Source: Pseudomonadota bacterium
GTDB lineage: Bacteria > Desulfobacterota > Binatia > UBA1149
Direction: 5' to 3'
Length of the DNA stretch: 64,000 nt
Assembly (NCBI GenBank): GCA_014382245.1
Contig: JACNKC010000054.1
Span: 631 to 64,630 of the forward strand
Shown: positions 1 to 8,977 of the stretch, piece after piece
Layout: every line of letters starts with the position of its first letter
Position numbering within the stretch: position 1 is the stretch's first letter
Notes under the pieces: model-generated
What the model was told of the DNA's origin: nothing
The model's input: the letters and a program-made list of their open reading frames with translations, nothing else
Database searches by the model: none
Translations under genes and position numbers: made by a program

Positions 1-384
1 GTTGTTCAGCTGTCCGATGTCGTTGCGCAGGCCGCTGGGTTTCTTGCGCGGCTTGGCCCACTCGGACAGGTAGCGCTGGGAGAATTCCTCGAAGGTTGGG
101 GATCGGCGGCTGGCTTCGCGCTCGGCCGTTGGGTCGTTGCCGCGGGCTATGTCGCCGAGCATCTGCAGGGCCTTGCGTCGCGCGTCGGCTGTTTCGATCT
201 GCCCGTGGCGACCCAGCGTGATGCTGCGCTGCTTTCCGTCGATGCGGGTGCGCAGGACGTAGCTGCGGCTGCTGCTAGTAACGCGACACCAGAAACCTGG
301 TATCTCGCTGTCGCGCAGGATGAGTTCGCCAGTGACGGGTGCGGTGGCGGCTTCCACTGTCTTTTTGTTGAGCTTGATGTTCAT
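1..384 (-). CDS. int: Tyrosine-type site-specific integrase (P4-like), N-terminal part only; the gene continues beyond the window start
   Basis: Minus-strand translation from ATG at 384..382 gives MNIKLNKKTVEAATAPVTGELILRDSEIPGFWCRVTSSSRSYVLRTRIDGKQRSITLGRHGQIETADARRKALQ... The GFxxRV..SG.KS[WY]V.R.R pattern is typical of the N-terminal arm-binding domain (DUF4102) of P4-family integrases. The frame is open to the window edge and is missing from the ORF track only because it lacks a stop. Confidence 0.7.
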   Translation of the reverse strand, partial: MNIKLNKKTVEAATAPVTGELILRDSEIPGFWCRVTSSSRSYVLRTRIDGKQRSITLGRHGQIETADARRKALQMLGDIARGNDPTAEREASRRSPTFEEFSQRYLSEWAKPRKKPSGLRNDIGQLNN

Positions 385-409
385 TCGGTCTTGCCTCCGG
401 TGGTCTGAA

Positions 410-431
410 ATTTGGTACCAATTTGGTACCA
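410..431. repeat. Tandem direct repeat 2 x ATTTGGTACCA (each unit contains a GGTACC palindrome) 25 bp upstream of the integrase start
   Basis: Read directly: gaaATTTGGTACCAATTTGGTACCActtgg. It may be an integrase arm-type or regulator binding site. Confidence 0.6.
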
Positions 432-556
432 CTTGGCGCGTAGTGAGGGTGAGTACAGCCGGGTAACGCGTCACGTTCAGTAGGCGACCCAGCGCTCAAT
501 TTGTCAATGGAGTCAGAGGCTTGAGAGGGCGGGAGAGTAAAGGTGAGTGCGTGTGG

Positions 557-618
557 CTGTGCGCCTGGCTCGATTCGTAATCAGCAGGTCGGCGGTTCAA
601 CTCCGCCCGTCAGCTCCA
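557..618 (+). other. tRNA/tmRNA-like 3' fragment (variable loop AGGTC, T-arm GGCGG-TTCAACT-CCGCC, 7-nt acceptor 3' strand, discriminator, CCA); probable att-site remnant rather than an intact tRNA
   Basis: A canonical T-arm and GTTCAACT loop followed by CGTCAGC-T-CCA. Only a 4-bp partner (GCTG at 557-560) for the acceptor stem could be found, and no D-arm or anticodon arm. Not foldable as a 76-nt tRNA by hand. Confidence 0.35.
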
Positions 619-673
619 GTCTTTCCGCGGCCCGTGCGTCGCTTCTTCCCCGGTTGGTCTGTTAACAGCCCCA

Positions 674-1228
674 CTAACCACCCGCGACCTGCTCGAGTCC
701 TCGGCCCCAGGCCCTCGAACTCTCCCTGACGCTGATTATCTCCTGGTCTGACAAGCACAGCAGTTCGAGGAACTCCCGGTGCTTGCCAGGCGCGCTGCGT
801 TCGAACCTGGCGTGCCACTGTTGCATCTCCTTTTCACCGAAGCCTGATGACGCCAGCAGCGAAATCCAACGCTCGCGGTTCATGATCGCTGCCTGGCTCA
901 GGTGTCCCTGTTTCTCAAGCAGCCCCACTATCATCCGTTGTTGTTCCTGCAGTCCATGGATTTCACCGTTGAGGTCGGTGAGTCGTTGTTCGAGGATGCC
1001 GACCAGGCGTTCACTGGCGGAGTCGAGCACCCGCTTGATGTTTTCGAGCGTAATGCCCGCGCCGCGGTAGCGGCAGATCGTTTTGAGCCGCTCGGCGTCT
1101 TCATCCGAGTAGAGGCGGTAGCCGTTCGCCGTTCGGCTGCAGGGGCTGAGCAGGCCGATCGAGTCGTAGTACAGAAGCGTGCTCCGCGAGAGCCCGAAGC
1201 GGCGGGCCAGCCTGCCTATCGTGGTCAT
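674..1228 (-). CDS. MerR family transcriptional regulator
   Basis: N-terminal HTH MTTIGRLARRFGLSRSTLLYYDSIGLL, typical of MerR, followed by a coiled-coil dimerisation helix. 184 aa. Confidence 0.85.
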   Translation of the reverse strand: MTTIGRLARRFGLSRSTLLYYDSIGLLSPCSRTANGYRLYSDEDAERLKTICRYRGAGITLENIKRVLDSASERLVGILEQRLTDLNGEIHGLQEQQRMIVGLLEKQGHLSQAAIMNRERWISLLASSGFGEKEMQQWHARFERSAPGKHREFLELLCLSDQEIISVRESSRAWGRGLEQVAGG

Positions 1229-1265
1229 AAAAGCATACTGGGCACGCGGCCCGGGCCCGTCAAGC

Positions 1266-1296
1266 TTGACCTGTCCACGGCTTTACAGCTTAGACT
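1266..1296 (+). promoter_or_regulatory. Putative MerR-type promoter TTGACC-(19 bp)-TAGACT driving the divergent LLM oxidoreductase gene
   Basis: A -35-like TTGACC (1266-1271) and a -10-like TAGACT (1291-1296) separated by a 19-bp spacer, the suboptimal spacing typical of MerR-regulated promoters. GGAGG Shine-Dalgarno at 1324-1328 before ATG 1336. AAGCTT/AGCTT dyad ends flank the spacer. Confidence 0.4.
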
Positions 1297-1335
1297 CCAG
1301 ATCGTCGTCCAGGAGAGGGCGAAAGGAGGCGAGCC

Positions 1336-2325
1336 ATGAAATTCGGGATGCTACATCTTTACGCAAACCCCGGCGACCTGTCCGAACGGCAGGCCATACG
1401 CGAGCAGTTAGAACTGATGAAAGCCGCCGAGGATCTCGACTTTGACTCGGTATGGCCCGCGGAGCACCACTTTTCGCCCTTGGGCTACACCGCGTCGCCC
1501 GCCATAGGGCTGGCGGCGTTGGCTGCCGAAACCAAGCGGATACGCCTGGGGACGGGCGTGGTGGTGTTGCCGTTCAGCAACCCCATCAGGGTGGCCGAGG
1601 ACTTCGCTTATCTCGATCACCTGAGCGATGGGAGGGTTGACCTCGGTATCGGTTGCGGTGCCCAGCCCGGGGAGTTCGGTCCCTTCGGTGTCGACCAGGC
1701 CACCTCGCGCGCGCGCATGGAGGAGGGGCTGGAGATAATCCGGCAGGCCTGGCTCAACGGCAGGGTAGACGCACACGGCGAGTTCTACCAATTCGACGAC
1801 GTACCCGTTCTTCCGGCGCCCGTGCAGGTACCTCATCCGCCGGTATGGATGGCGGCGGTGTCGGGTGACAGCTTCGAACGCGCCGGCCGCCTGGGCTGCA
1901 ACCTGCTGTGTGGTACCGTGCTGGGATTGAACCGACAGGTCGCTGCGGAACGACGCGAAAGTTACCAGCGTGGACTCGAGGAGGGCGGCTTCGCGGCGGA
2001 AGATTTTTTTTCTGGTTGCCTGGTCATCATCTACGTTGCCGATACCACCGAGCAGGCCCGCAGCGAGTTCCGCGAAGCCGAGGGTTGGTATCGCAACACC
2101 ATAGGCAGATTCATCGCCCCCGAGTCGGATCCCGAGGACAGTGTCATCTGCGGGAGTCCGGAGTTCGTGACACAACGGCTCGGTGAGCTGCAGCAGACCT
2201 ACGGTTTCAGCGACCTGCTGTGCTGGTCCCGGCTGGGGGTGCTCTCCCAGAAGAAGGTGCTGCGCTGCATGGAGCTCATGCAGCACAAGGTCATGCCTCA
2301 CCTGCGGGACGGGGTGGCGGCGTAA
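1336..2325 (+). CDS. LLM class (luciferase-like) flavin-dependent oxidoreductase
   Basis: 329 aa. MKFGMLHLYANPGD..SVWPAEHHFSP..RIRLGTGVVVLPFSNPIRVAEDFAYLDHLSDGRVDLGIG matches the luciferase-like monooxygenase TIM-barrel family. Confidence 0.85.
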   Translation: MKFGMLHLYANPGDLSERQAIREQLELMKAAEDLDFDSVWPAEHHFSPLGYTASPAIGLAALAAETKRIRLGTGVVVLPFSNPIRVAEDFAYLDHLSDGRVDLGIGCGAQPGEFGPFGVDQATSRARMEEGLEIIRQAWLNGRVDAHGEFYQFDDVPVLPAPVQVPHPPVWMAAVSGDSFERAGRLGCNLLCGTVLGLNRQVAAERRESYQRGLEEGGFAAEDFFSGCLVIIYVADTTEQARSEFREAEGWYRNTIGRFIAPESDPEDSVICGSPEFVTQRLGELQQTYGFSDLLCWSRLGVLSQKKVLRCMELMQHKVMPHLRDGVAA

Positions 2326-2444
2326 GTTTTCTCCGGACTTCAATGCAGGGCCACCATCAGCGTCGCGAGAATCCTCAGCGGACAGGCCGCCTTGCGGCAC
2401 CATCGGCACGGCGGTAGCCATACAAGCCCACGAAGGTTTTACCC

Positions 2445-2852
2445 ATGCCCGTTGACGTCGAAGATTTTCTTAGCAGTTGGAACAGCGCGGTTCACGCGCG
2501 CGACACAGAGGGCCTGGCTGCCCTGCTGGCCGACGAAGTGAGCATGGGCGCGCCGCCTTACTGGAATCGCATCGAGGACAAGGCGGTAGTGGCCCACCTG
2601 CTGGGCATAATCGTGGAGACCATTACCGACTTCACCTACCAGCGGCAGTGGCTCGACGGCGCCGAGTTGGCTCTCGAGTTCCACGGCCACGTAGACGATT
2701 GCGAGCTGCAGGGTATCGACCTGATCACCCTCGGAGAGGACGGGTTGATAACGCGCCTGGATGTAATGATACGGCCGGAAAACGCGCTGGTGCTGCTGCG
2801 CGAGCGGGTGGGCCCGCGAATGCTGGAGTTCTTCGAAGCGTCCGGCGACTGA
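2445..2852 (+). CDS. NTF2-like / SnoaL-like domain protein
   Basis: 135 aa; small alpha+beta cone protein pattern (DFLSSWNSAVHARDTEGLAALLADEV...). Stop at 2850-2852 precedes the MBL gene. Confidence 0.6.
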   Translation: MPVDVEDFLSSWNSAVHARDTEGLAALLADEVSMGAPPYWNRIEDKAVVAHLLGIIVETITDFTYQRQWLDGAELALEFHGHVDDCELQGIDLITLGEDGLITRLDVMIRPENALVLLRERVGPRMLEFFEASGD

Positions 2853-2914
2853 ACAAGCAGGCCGACGTTCCGCCACCACGTTGGTTCAGCTGCGCAATCA
2901 AATACAATGCGCCC

Positions 2915-3979
2915 GTGAAGAACGGCCTCAGCTACCCGATCGAGACCCCTCCCGAACCGGGTGAACTCATAGAGGTCGCCGACGGTGTTATGTGGCTCAG
3001 GCAACCGCTGCCGTTCTCGCTCAACCACATCAACTGCTACCTGTTGCGCGACAACGGCGGCTGGACCGTCCTCGATACCGGCCTGCGCAACAGCGACGTC
3101 AAGAAGCTGTGGCAGTCCATCATCGACAACCGTCTTTCGGGAGAACCCATACGCCGGGTGATAGCCACCCACCTGCACCCCGATCACGTTGGCCTGGCCG
3201 GCTGGTTCACCAGTCGGTTTGGCGTGGAGCTGTGGATGGCTCGGTCAGAGTTCTTTTTGCTGCGCATGCTGGCCGCCGACGGTCCGCAGGACATTCGCGC
3301 CGACGCTGTGGCCTTCTACAAGCGCGTTGGTTTCAGCGAGGAGCGCCTGGACAACTACCGCATGCGTTTTGGTTCTTTCGGCGCGCTGATACACCCGCTG
3401 CCTGCCGGCCACCGCCGCTTGCGCGATCGCCAGATGGTGGAGATCGACGGGCGCGAGTGGGAGGTGGTGGTCGGTCGCGGCCACTCGCCCGAGCACGCGT
3501 GTCTCTACTCGCGCGACCTGAAAATCATGCTTGCCGGTGACCAGGTTCTGCCCCGTATAACTCCCAACGTGAGCGTGCACCCTACCGAGCCGCACGCCGA
3601 CCCGCTGGGCGAGTGGCTCGAGTCGTGCACGACGCTGCCCGATCGTATTGCCGACGACGTGCTCGTGCTGCCCGCCCATGGCCTGCCGTTTAACGGACTG
3701 CACGCGCGCCTGGCCTATCTCGTGGAGCATCACCGCGAGGCCCTGGTTCGCGTGCGCGCGGCCTGCGGCGAGGCGGCCACGGTACCCGATGTCTTTCCGG
3801 CGCTGTTCGATCGCGAGATCGACGATTCGCAGTTCTTCATGGCCGCTGGCGAGTGCCTGGCCCACATCAACTACCTCGAGGCCCGCGGTTATCTCAGGGG
3901 CGAGGTAGATGGCGAAGGCCTGGCGCGTTACCAGTCCACCGACGCCGAGTTTGATCCTGCCGGTGTGGGCGGCGGCTGA
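2915..3979 (+). CDS. MBL fold metallo-hydrolase
   Basis: HLHPDH (HxHxDH) zinc motif and downstream H/D ligands (GRGHSPEH). Proposed GTG start at 2915 (alternative ATG at 2990). The long upstream ORF extension 2477.. overlaps the NTF2 gene and was rejected. Confidence 0.8.
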   Translation: MKNGLSYPIETPPEPGELIEVADGVMWLRQPLPFSLNHINCYLLRDNGGWTVLDTGLRNSDVKKLWQSIIDNRLSGEPIRRVIATHLHPDHVGLAGWFTSRFGVELWMARSEFFLLRMLAADGPQDIRADAVAFYKRVGFSEERLDNYRMRFGSFGALIHPLPAGHRRLRDRQMVEIDGREWEVVVGRGHSPEHACLYSRDLKIMLAGDQVLPRITPNVSVHPTEPHADPLGEWLESCTTLPDRIADDVLVLPAHGLPFNGLHARLAYLVEHHREALVRVRAACGEAATVPDVFPALFDREIDDSQFFMAAGECLAHINYLEARGYLRGEVDGEGLARYQSTDAEFDPAGVGGG

Positions 3980-4004
3980 TTCGCGCCGCTCGTTCCCGCG
4001 CGGT

Positions 4005-4760
4005 CTACCCTGGCAGCCTGAAGTCGACACCGGCCAGCCGAAGCGTGTTGCCCTCTACGGGCAGGCCGCACTCCCGGGCCGCTTCGAGTATGCCCGGCGC
4101 ATGGTCGGTGGCCAGCTCCATACCGACTATTCCTTCGCCCTCCACGGCGCGGTCGTCAGCCATCGGCACGAAGATCACGCGTCCCTCGTTGAGTGTCACC
4201 GCGTACCCGTCGGCCTGCGCGCTTACGGGTCTCGCCAGCACCTGGCCCCAGCGCTTGGCCATGGCTGCGGGGTCGTCGGCCTGTATGACGACAGCCCGTA
4301 TGCCCGACACGCGCCCCTCGCCGCGGCGCTGCTCCCAGTCGGGGCCTCCCCATTCCCACGACGCTGGCGGTGTCATCTGGTCGAGCGACAGCAGGGCACC
4401 ACCCAGGTCGCGCGGGTGCAGGTGCACCGTAGCCGCCTGCCCGAGGTCTATCTCCCATGCCACGCGAACGCCTAGTTGTTCGACACGCTGGCGCTCGGTG
4501 GCCAGGTCGTCTACCTGCACTATGACCATGTAGCCGCCCGGGCCGCCGCGACGGGCCAGCTGTCGGCCTGCGGTCGTGCCGTCGGCCACGGGCGAAACGA
4601 CTTCGAGAAAACAGTCACCCAGGGCGAACACGGTGTTGGCCAGCCCGAAGGTGGCCACGCCGGGGTCGCGAAAAGGATCGCCCAGTGAGAACACTCGCGT
4701 CAGTGCGCGCGCGGTCTGCTCGAGATCCTCGGCCACCAGCGCGAGTTGTCTTAGTCTCAT
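4005..4760 (-). CDS. VOC family protein (glyoxalase/bleomycin-resistance/dioxygenase fold, two-domain)
   Basis: MRLRQLALVAEDLEQTARALTRVFSL... and a second beta-alpha-beta-beta-beta module. Start chosen at the ATG on the minus strand at 4760. Confidence 0.7.
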   Translation of the reverse strand: MRLRQLALVAEDLEQTARALTRVFSLGDPFRDPGVATFGLANTVFALGDCFLEVVSPVADGTTAGRQLARRGGPGGYMVIVQVDDLATERQRVEQLGVRVAWEIDLGQAATVHLHPRDLGGALLSLDQMTPPASWEWGGPDWEQRRGEGRVSGIRAVVIQADDPAAMAKRWGQVLARPVSAQADGYAVTLNEGRVIFVPMADDRAVEGEGIVGMELATDHAPGILEAARECGLPVEGNTLRLAGVDFRLPG

Positions 4761-4911
4761 GTGGTTGTTGCTAGTCCCCCGTCCCGCCCGAGGCAAGCGC
4801 GCGGCGCGGGTAAGTGCCGGCAGCAGAAAGACCTCGGCGAGGTGGCCTGTGGCCGGGCGTTCTGCAATAAGTCTTGCTTGCCCGCCTGCGCGCGGGGTGG
4901 AGAGGCATCGC

Positions 4912-5640
4912 GTGGAAAAACTTGTTTACGTTTTATGGAAGGATGGCGGTACCGACAGCGCGGCCTTTTCGGCTGCTTTGCGCGAGCAACTGCCCGCGCA
5001 GCTGCGCGGGGCGGGTGCATCGAGCATCGCTGTAAACCTGGCCGACGCCGACGTCGACTACGCTGCCGCCCAGCGCATGACGCGTTTTGATCCTGCGCCG
5101 GCAGCCGTCGTGTCGTTCTGGCTCGAGGACTCCGACCTGCGCGGGCCGCTGGAGCAGGCCTTGCATGCTTGCTGCGAAAAACTCGCCGGCTATCTCGTGG
5201 TCGAGTCGCTTCCGCTGGTCAACACCACGCACACCGCCGCGGTGGGGCAGCGCACTCCGGGCACCAACGTAATCGCGCTCATCGAGTGCCCGTCGACCAT
5301 GCCTTACGCCGACTGGGTGGAGCACTGGCACACCATCCACCGGCGCGTGGCCCTCGAAGTGCAGTGCACCTACGAGTACATACGCAACGAGGTCGTGCGC
5401 GCCCTGACCGACGACGCGCCGCCGTTTAACGCCATAGTCGAGGAGGGTTTTCCGACCGAGGCCGTCGTTGACCCCATGCTGTGGTACTGCGCCGATGGCA
5501 GCGACGACAAGTTGCAGGAAAATTTTGGACGCATGATGGAGAGCGTGGCTGCGTTTCTCGAAGTAGCGCGGGTGGAGTCCCACCCGATGTCGCAGTACGT
5601 TCTCGACGCAGCATTGCCGCGCAACCAGGGCCGGGACTAG
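4912..5640 (+). CDS. Hypothetical protein (about 240 aa, function unknown; possibly a duplicated Dabb/EthD-like alpha+beta barrel)
   Basis: Frame open from 4576, but the 5' part overlaps the convergent VOC gene. In-frame GTG starts at 4897 or 4912 (VEKLVYVLWKDGG...). No confident family assignment from sequence alone. Confidence 0.45.
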   Translation: MEKLVYVLWKDGGTDSAAFSAALREQLPAQLRGAGASSIAVNLADADVDYAAAQRMTRFDPAPAAVVSFWLEDSDLRGPLEQALHACCEKLAGYLVVESLPLVNTTHTAAVGQRTPGTNVIALIECPSTMPYADWVEHWHTIHRRVALEVQCTYEYIRNEVVRALTDDAPPFNAIVEEGFPTEAVVDPMLWYCADGSDDKLQENFGRMMESVAAFLEVARVESHPMSQYVLDAALPRNQGRD

Positions 5641-5661
5641 GTCCCGGGAGAGAAGAAAAAC

Positions 5662-6459
5662 ATGGGAAAACTTGAAGGGAAGGTTGCCGTCGTCACTGGC
5701 GGGGCAAGTGGTATAGGCGAGGCAACGCTGCGCTTGTTTGTCGAAGAGGGCGCGCGCGTGGTGGTTGCCGACATCAAGGACGAGCAGGGGCAGGCGCTCG
5801 CCGACGAGCTGGCCTGGGAGAAAGGCGCCGCCGTGTTCCAGCACACCGACGTGACCAACGGCGAGCAGGTGGCTGCCGCGGTGGCCCGCGCGCTGAGCGA
5901 ATTCGGGCAACTCGACATCATGTATAACAACGCCGGTGCCATGGTTGGTCGTGGCTCGCTGCTGGAGATGGAAGAGTCCGAGGTCGACCGCGCGATGGGC
6001 CTGTTGTTCAAGAGCGTATTTTTCGGCGTGCGCGAGGCAGGGCGCGTGATGTCCAAGCAGGGCAAGGGCAGTATCGTCAACACGGCGAGTATAGCCGGGC
6101 TGCGGCCGGGCGCGGGCCCGCACCTGTACGCGACGGCCAAGGCCGCCGTTGTGTTTTTCAGCGCCTCGGCGGCGCTCGAACTCGGCGAGTACGATGTGCG
6201 CGTTAACTGCGTGTGCCCCGGCGGCGTGGCCACCGAGCTGGTGTCTAACGCGCTCGGTGTTGGCGCCGACATACTACCTGACCTTGAGCAGGGCATGCGC
6301 GGCCGCCAGGCCATAGAGCGACCGGGGCGGACGATAGACATCGCGCGCACCGTCTTGTGGTTGGCCTCCGACGAATCCGACTACGTGACCGGCCAGGCGA
6401 TCGCCATTGACGGTGGCGAGAACTTCGGCGCCAAGTGGTCAGAGCAGCCCATGCAGTAG
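5662..6459 (+). CDS. SDR family oxidoreductase
   Basis: KVAVVTGGASGIGEA Rossmann motif; NNAG; catalytic YxxxK (YATAK). Confidence 0.9.
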   Translation: MGKLEGKVAVVTGGASGIGEATLRLFVEEGARVVVADIKDEQGQALADELAWEKGAAVFQHTDVTNGEQVAAAVARALSEFGQLDIMYNNAGAMVGRGSLLEMEESEVDRAMGLLFKSVFFGVREAGRVMSKQGKGSIVNTASIAGLRPGAGPHLYATAKAAVVFFSASAALELGEYDVRVNCVCPGGVATELVSNALGVGADILPDLEQGMRGRQAIERPGRTIDIARTVLWLASDESDYVTGQAIAIDGGENFGAKWSEQPMQ

Positions 6460-6467
6460 AGGGTCGC

Positions 6468-7190
6468 TCAGGTCAGCAGCAGGCCGAGGCCGGCCAGGCC
6501 CAGCCCCAGCCAGCAGGCGGTGCGAAAACGTTCGGGACTCACGTGGCGGGCGGTGCGCACGCCGAGCCACGCGCCCAGCAGTACCAGCGGTGTCATCATC
6601 AAGGCTTCGAGTACGACCTCGCCGCTCATCAACCCTCGCGAAGCGGCCACCGGCAGTCGCGCCAGGCCCATCACGAGAAACAGTGCCTGCAGGGTGGCCT
6701 TGAGCGCCTCGGGATCCTCGTCCTGTCGGTAAAACTGTATGACCAGCGGTGGTCCTCCGGCGTTGAAAGCACCTGCCAGCGAGCCCCCGGCCAGGCCCGC
6801 CAGCATGTCTGTCCACGCGGGTGGGTTTTTCGTGAGCTCGCCGCCGCGCAGGTTCAGGATCGACACGACAAGGATCATGCCGCCGAGCACGCGGGTCATC
6901 AGGTCGGTGTCGAGGCTGGCCAGGGCCGTAACGCCCAGGGCCACCCCGGCGATGGCGGGCAGTGCCGTACGCTTGAGCAGCGGTAGCAGAAGGTGGTGAC
7001 GCAGCATGTACAGCGCGCCCATGTTCATGGCCAGGCCCGCCACGTTTACCACGCCCGATGCGTGCAGCAGGTCGGAAGCCACCACCGTGCCCATCATGGC
7101 GATGGCGCCGAAGCCGAAGCCGACAAAGCCCTGCGTGAAGGCTGCCAGCAACATAACGGCGGCGGTGAGGGCCAGTGCTTCGGGGCTCAC
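6468..7190 (-). CDS. TSUP family transporter (TauE/SafE sulfite-exporter-like, DUF81)
   Basis: 240 aa polytopic membrane protein with Gly-rich TM helices (GFVGFGFGAI..., LAGGSLAGAFNAGGPPL) characteristic of DUF81/TSUP. Confidence 0.8.
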   Translation of the reverse strand: MSPEALALTAAVMLLAAFTQGFVGFGFGAIAMMGTVVASDLLHASGVVNVAGLAMNMGALYMLRHHLLLPLLKRTALPAIAGVALGVTALASLDTDLMTRVLGGMILVVSILNLRGGELTKNPPAWTDMLAGLAGGSLAGAFNAGGPPLVIQFYRQDEDPEALKATLQALFLVMGLARLPVAASRGLMSGEVVLEALMMTPLVLLGAWLGVRTARHVSPERFRTACWLGLGLAGLGLLLT

Positions 7191-8977
7191 GAGTCCCGTT
7201 CCGCCTCAAAAGGCGGGTAGCCGGCCGCGGCCAGGCTGTCGTCGCTCAGCGGCACGAAACTCTTTTGTGCGTCGTCGCGCACGAGCAGCGGGTCGTCTTT
7301 TGCGTCAGCCGGATCGTAGCCGTCGCGTTGCAGGTCGACCTTGCGCAGTTTGAAGGTGCTGGTCATGTCGGCCTGTCGCGACAGGCGCAGGAACACCGGC
7401 TGCGCGTATGCCGCCAGGCGTTCGCTGCAGTGCTCGAAGAACGCGCGGCCGTCAAAGTCGTCGGCATTGTCGACGATGAGCGCCGCCATGCCGGCGCGTC
7501 CCTCCGTGCCGGGCACGCGCACGCCGTACACGTTGGCCAGCAGCAGCCCGTCGAAACCCGACAGCGCCTCGGCGACCTCCTGGGTCGATACGTTTTCTGA
7601 CTTCCAGCGAAAGGTGTCGCCCACGCGGTCAACAAAGTAGTAGTAATCGTGCTCGTCGCGCCGCAACAGGTCGCCGCTGCGATACCAGCTGTCGCCGGGG
7701 GCGAATACGTCGCTGAGCAGCTTGGCGCTCGTGGCCTCGGGGTCGGTGTAGCCCTCGAAGCGGCCGGCGCCCGAGTCGGGCAGGTCGGGCACCATGCCCA
7801 CGAATTCGCCGGTCTCGCCCACCTCGCATTCAATGCAGAAGCCCTCGGTATTGCGCGGATGACTGTCGGCCTGGTCGTCGTAGCGTATCAGTCGGCCGTT
7901 GTGCATCTGGGGAAACGGTACCCGCCCGCAGGAGCCCACGTGGTTGTCGAGGTTGATCAACGAGGTGTTGGCCTCGGTCGACGACCAGCCTTCGAGTATG
8001 CGCTCGACGCCAAAGCGTTGCTGAAACTCCTGCCAGATATCGGGCCCCAGGCCCGCGCCCATCATCACTCGCAGGTCGTGGTCGCGGTCGTTGTCGCGCG
8101 GTGCTTGCGCGAGCAGGTAGCGGCATATCTCGCCTATGTACTGGCAGCCGGTCACCCCGTAGCGCCGCGCGTCGTCCCAGAAGCGGCTGGCGCTGAAGCG
8201 CCGCAGCATTGCTATGGCCGCGCCGTGCGACAGGGCCGACGAGGTAACGACCATGCCCGCCGCGCCATGGTAGAGCGGCAACACGCAGTAAATCACGTCG
8301 TTGGTTGTGTAGCCGGCGATGGCCGACATGCCGTCGCCCACGCCCAGGTAGCGCATGTGGCTCAAGCGCGCGGCCTTGGGCAGGCCGGTGGTACCCGAGG
8401 TGAAGACGTGGAACAGGTCGTCGCCAGCCAGCAGGCCTTCGCGCACGGAGGGGTCGGGGTTGTCGTTGGACTGGTCGGCCAGCAGTTGGTCGAGGTCAAG
8501 GGAGCCGGGCGGCGCCTGGGCCGACGCGCCGAGTTCGCGATCGGCCATCACCGCGAAGGTGTAGCGAGCGCTGGCGTCGCCGGCCAGGCTCGCCACGCGG
8601 TCAAGGCATTCCTCGCCAACGATCACGGTCGAGCAGTCGGCCACCGACAGTGCGTGCTCGAGCACCTGGCCCGTGCTGTTGCTGTTGACGAGCACCGTCA
8701 CCACGCCCAGCTTGCACAGGCCGCCCCACGCGACCAGGAACTCGGGACGGTTTTCCATCATCAGCGCCACGCGGTCGCCGCGGGTAAGGCCCCGGGCTAC
8801 TGCCCAGTGCGCCACGCGGTTGGCCTGGCTGTTGAACTCGGCGTAGGTCAGTTGCCTCTCGCCGAAGAACACGAACACGCGCTCGCCGCTGTCGAGGGCT
8901 CGCTGCTCGATACGGTCGGCTACCGTGAGCATCTGCGACGGCGTGTGAGCAAGGGTGGCCGCCGATAGCAGGTTCAT
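7187..8977 (-). CDS. Long-chain fatty acid--CoA ligase (AMP-binding enzyme, FadD/FATP-like)
   Basis: AMP-binding signature FTSGTTGLPKAARLSH, YGVTGCQYIGE, GWSSTE and C-terminal SGDLLRRDEHDYYYFVDRVGDTFRWKSENVS. Start chosen at the ATG on the minus strand at 8977 (MNLLSAATLAH). Its 3' end overlaps the TSUP gene start by 4 nt. Confidence 0.85.
   Translation of the reverse strand: MNLLSAATLAHTPSQMLTVADRIEQRALDSGERVFVFFGERQLTYAEFNSQANRVAHWAVARGLTRGDRVALMMENRPEFLVAWGGLCKLGVVTVLVNSNSTGQVLEHALSVADCSTVIVGEECLDRVASLAGDASARYTFAVMADRELGASAQAPPGSLDLDQLLADQSNDNPDPSVREGLLAGDDLFHVFTSGTTGLPKAARLSHMRYLGVGDGMSAIAGYTTNDVIYCVLPLYHGAAGMVVTSSALSHGAAIAMLRRFSASRFWDDARRYGVTGCQYIGEICRYLLAQAPRDNDRDHDLRVMMGAGLGPDIWQEFQQRFGVERILEGWSSTEANTSLINLDNHVGSCGRVPFPQMHNGRLIRYDDQADSHPRNTEGFCIECEVGETGEFVGMVPDLPDSGAGRFEGYTDPEATSAKLLSDVFAPGDSWYRSGDLLRRDEHDYYYFVDRVGDTFRWKSENVSTQEVAEALSGFDGLLLANVYGVRVPGTEGRAGMAALIVDNADDFDGRAFFEHCSERLAAYAQPVFLRLSRQADMTSTFKLRKVDLQRDGYDPADAKDDPLLVRDDAQKSFVPLSDDSLAAAGYPPFEAERDS

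Noticed and set aside
543-618. Attempt to fold a complete 76-nt tRNA ending at the CCA at 616-618.
   Set aside because: Only the T-arm, variable loop and acceptor 3' strand are present. No 7-bp acceptor partner, D-arm or anticodon arm can be formed, and no tRNA-like structure on the minus strand between 390 and 540 either. Kept only as a tRNA-like att fragment.
1408-2421. 337-aa minus-strand ORF antisense to the LLM oxidoreductase gene. Similar long antisense ORFs: 3245..4030, 4933..6123, 6439..7209, 7649..8968, 9093..10673, 11849..12553, 18556..19743, 22668..24095, 24910..25638, 26923..27585, 29706..30731, 32275..33279, 34876..35670, 38512..39240, 43516..44283, 44829..45620, 46646..47851, 49710..51047, 53039..53995, 58727..60127, 60942..61766.
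   Set aside because: Typical stop-codon-poor shadow frames of a GC-rich genome. Translations are low-complexity (Arg/Ala/Gly/Pro-rich) with no recognisable motifs, and each overlaps a well-supported gene on the other strand.
2477-2914. N-terminal extension of the MBL hydrolase frame (track ORF 2477..3979, 500 aa).
   Set aside because: The extension overlaps the NTF2-like gene in another frame and translates to Arg/Gly-rich junk. Proper starts (GTG 2915 / ATG 2990) lie just before the conserved MBL core.
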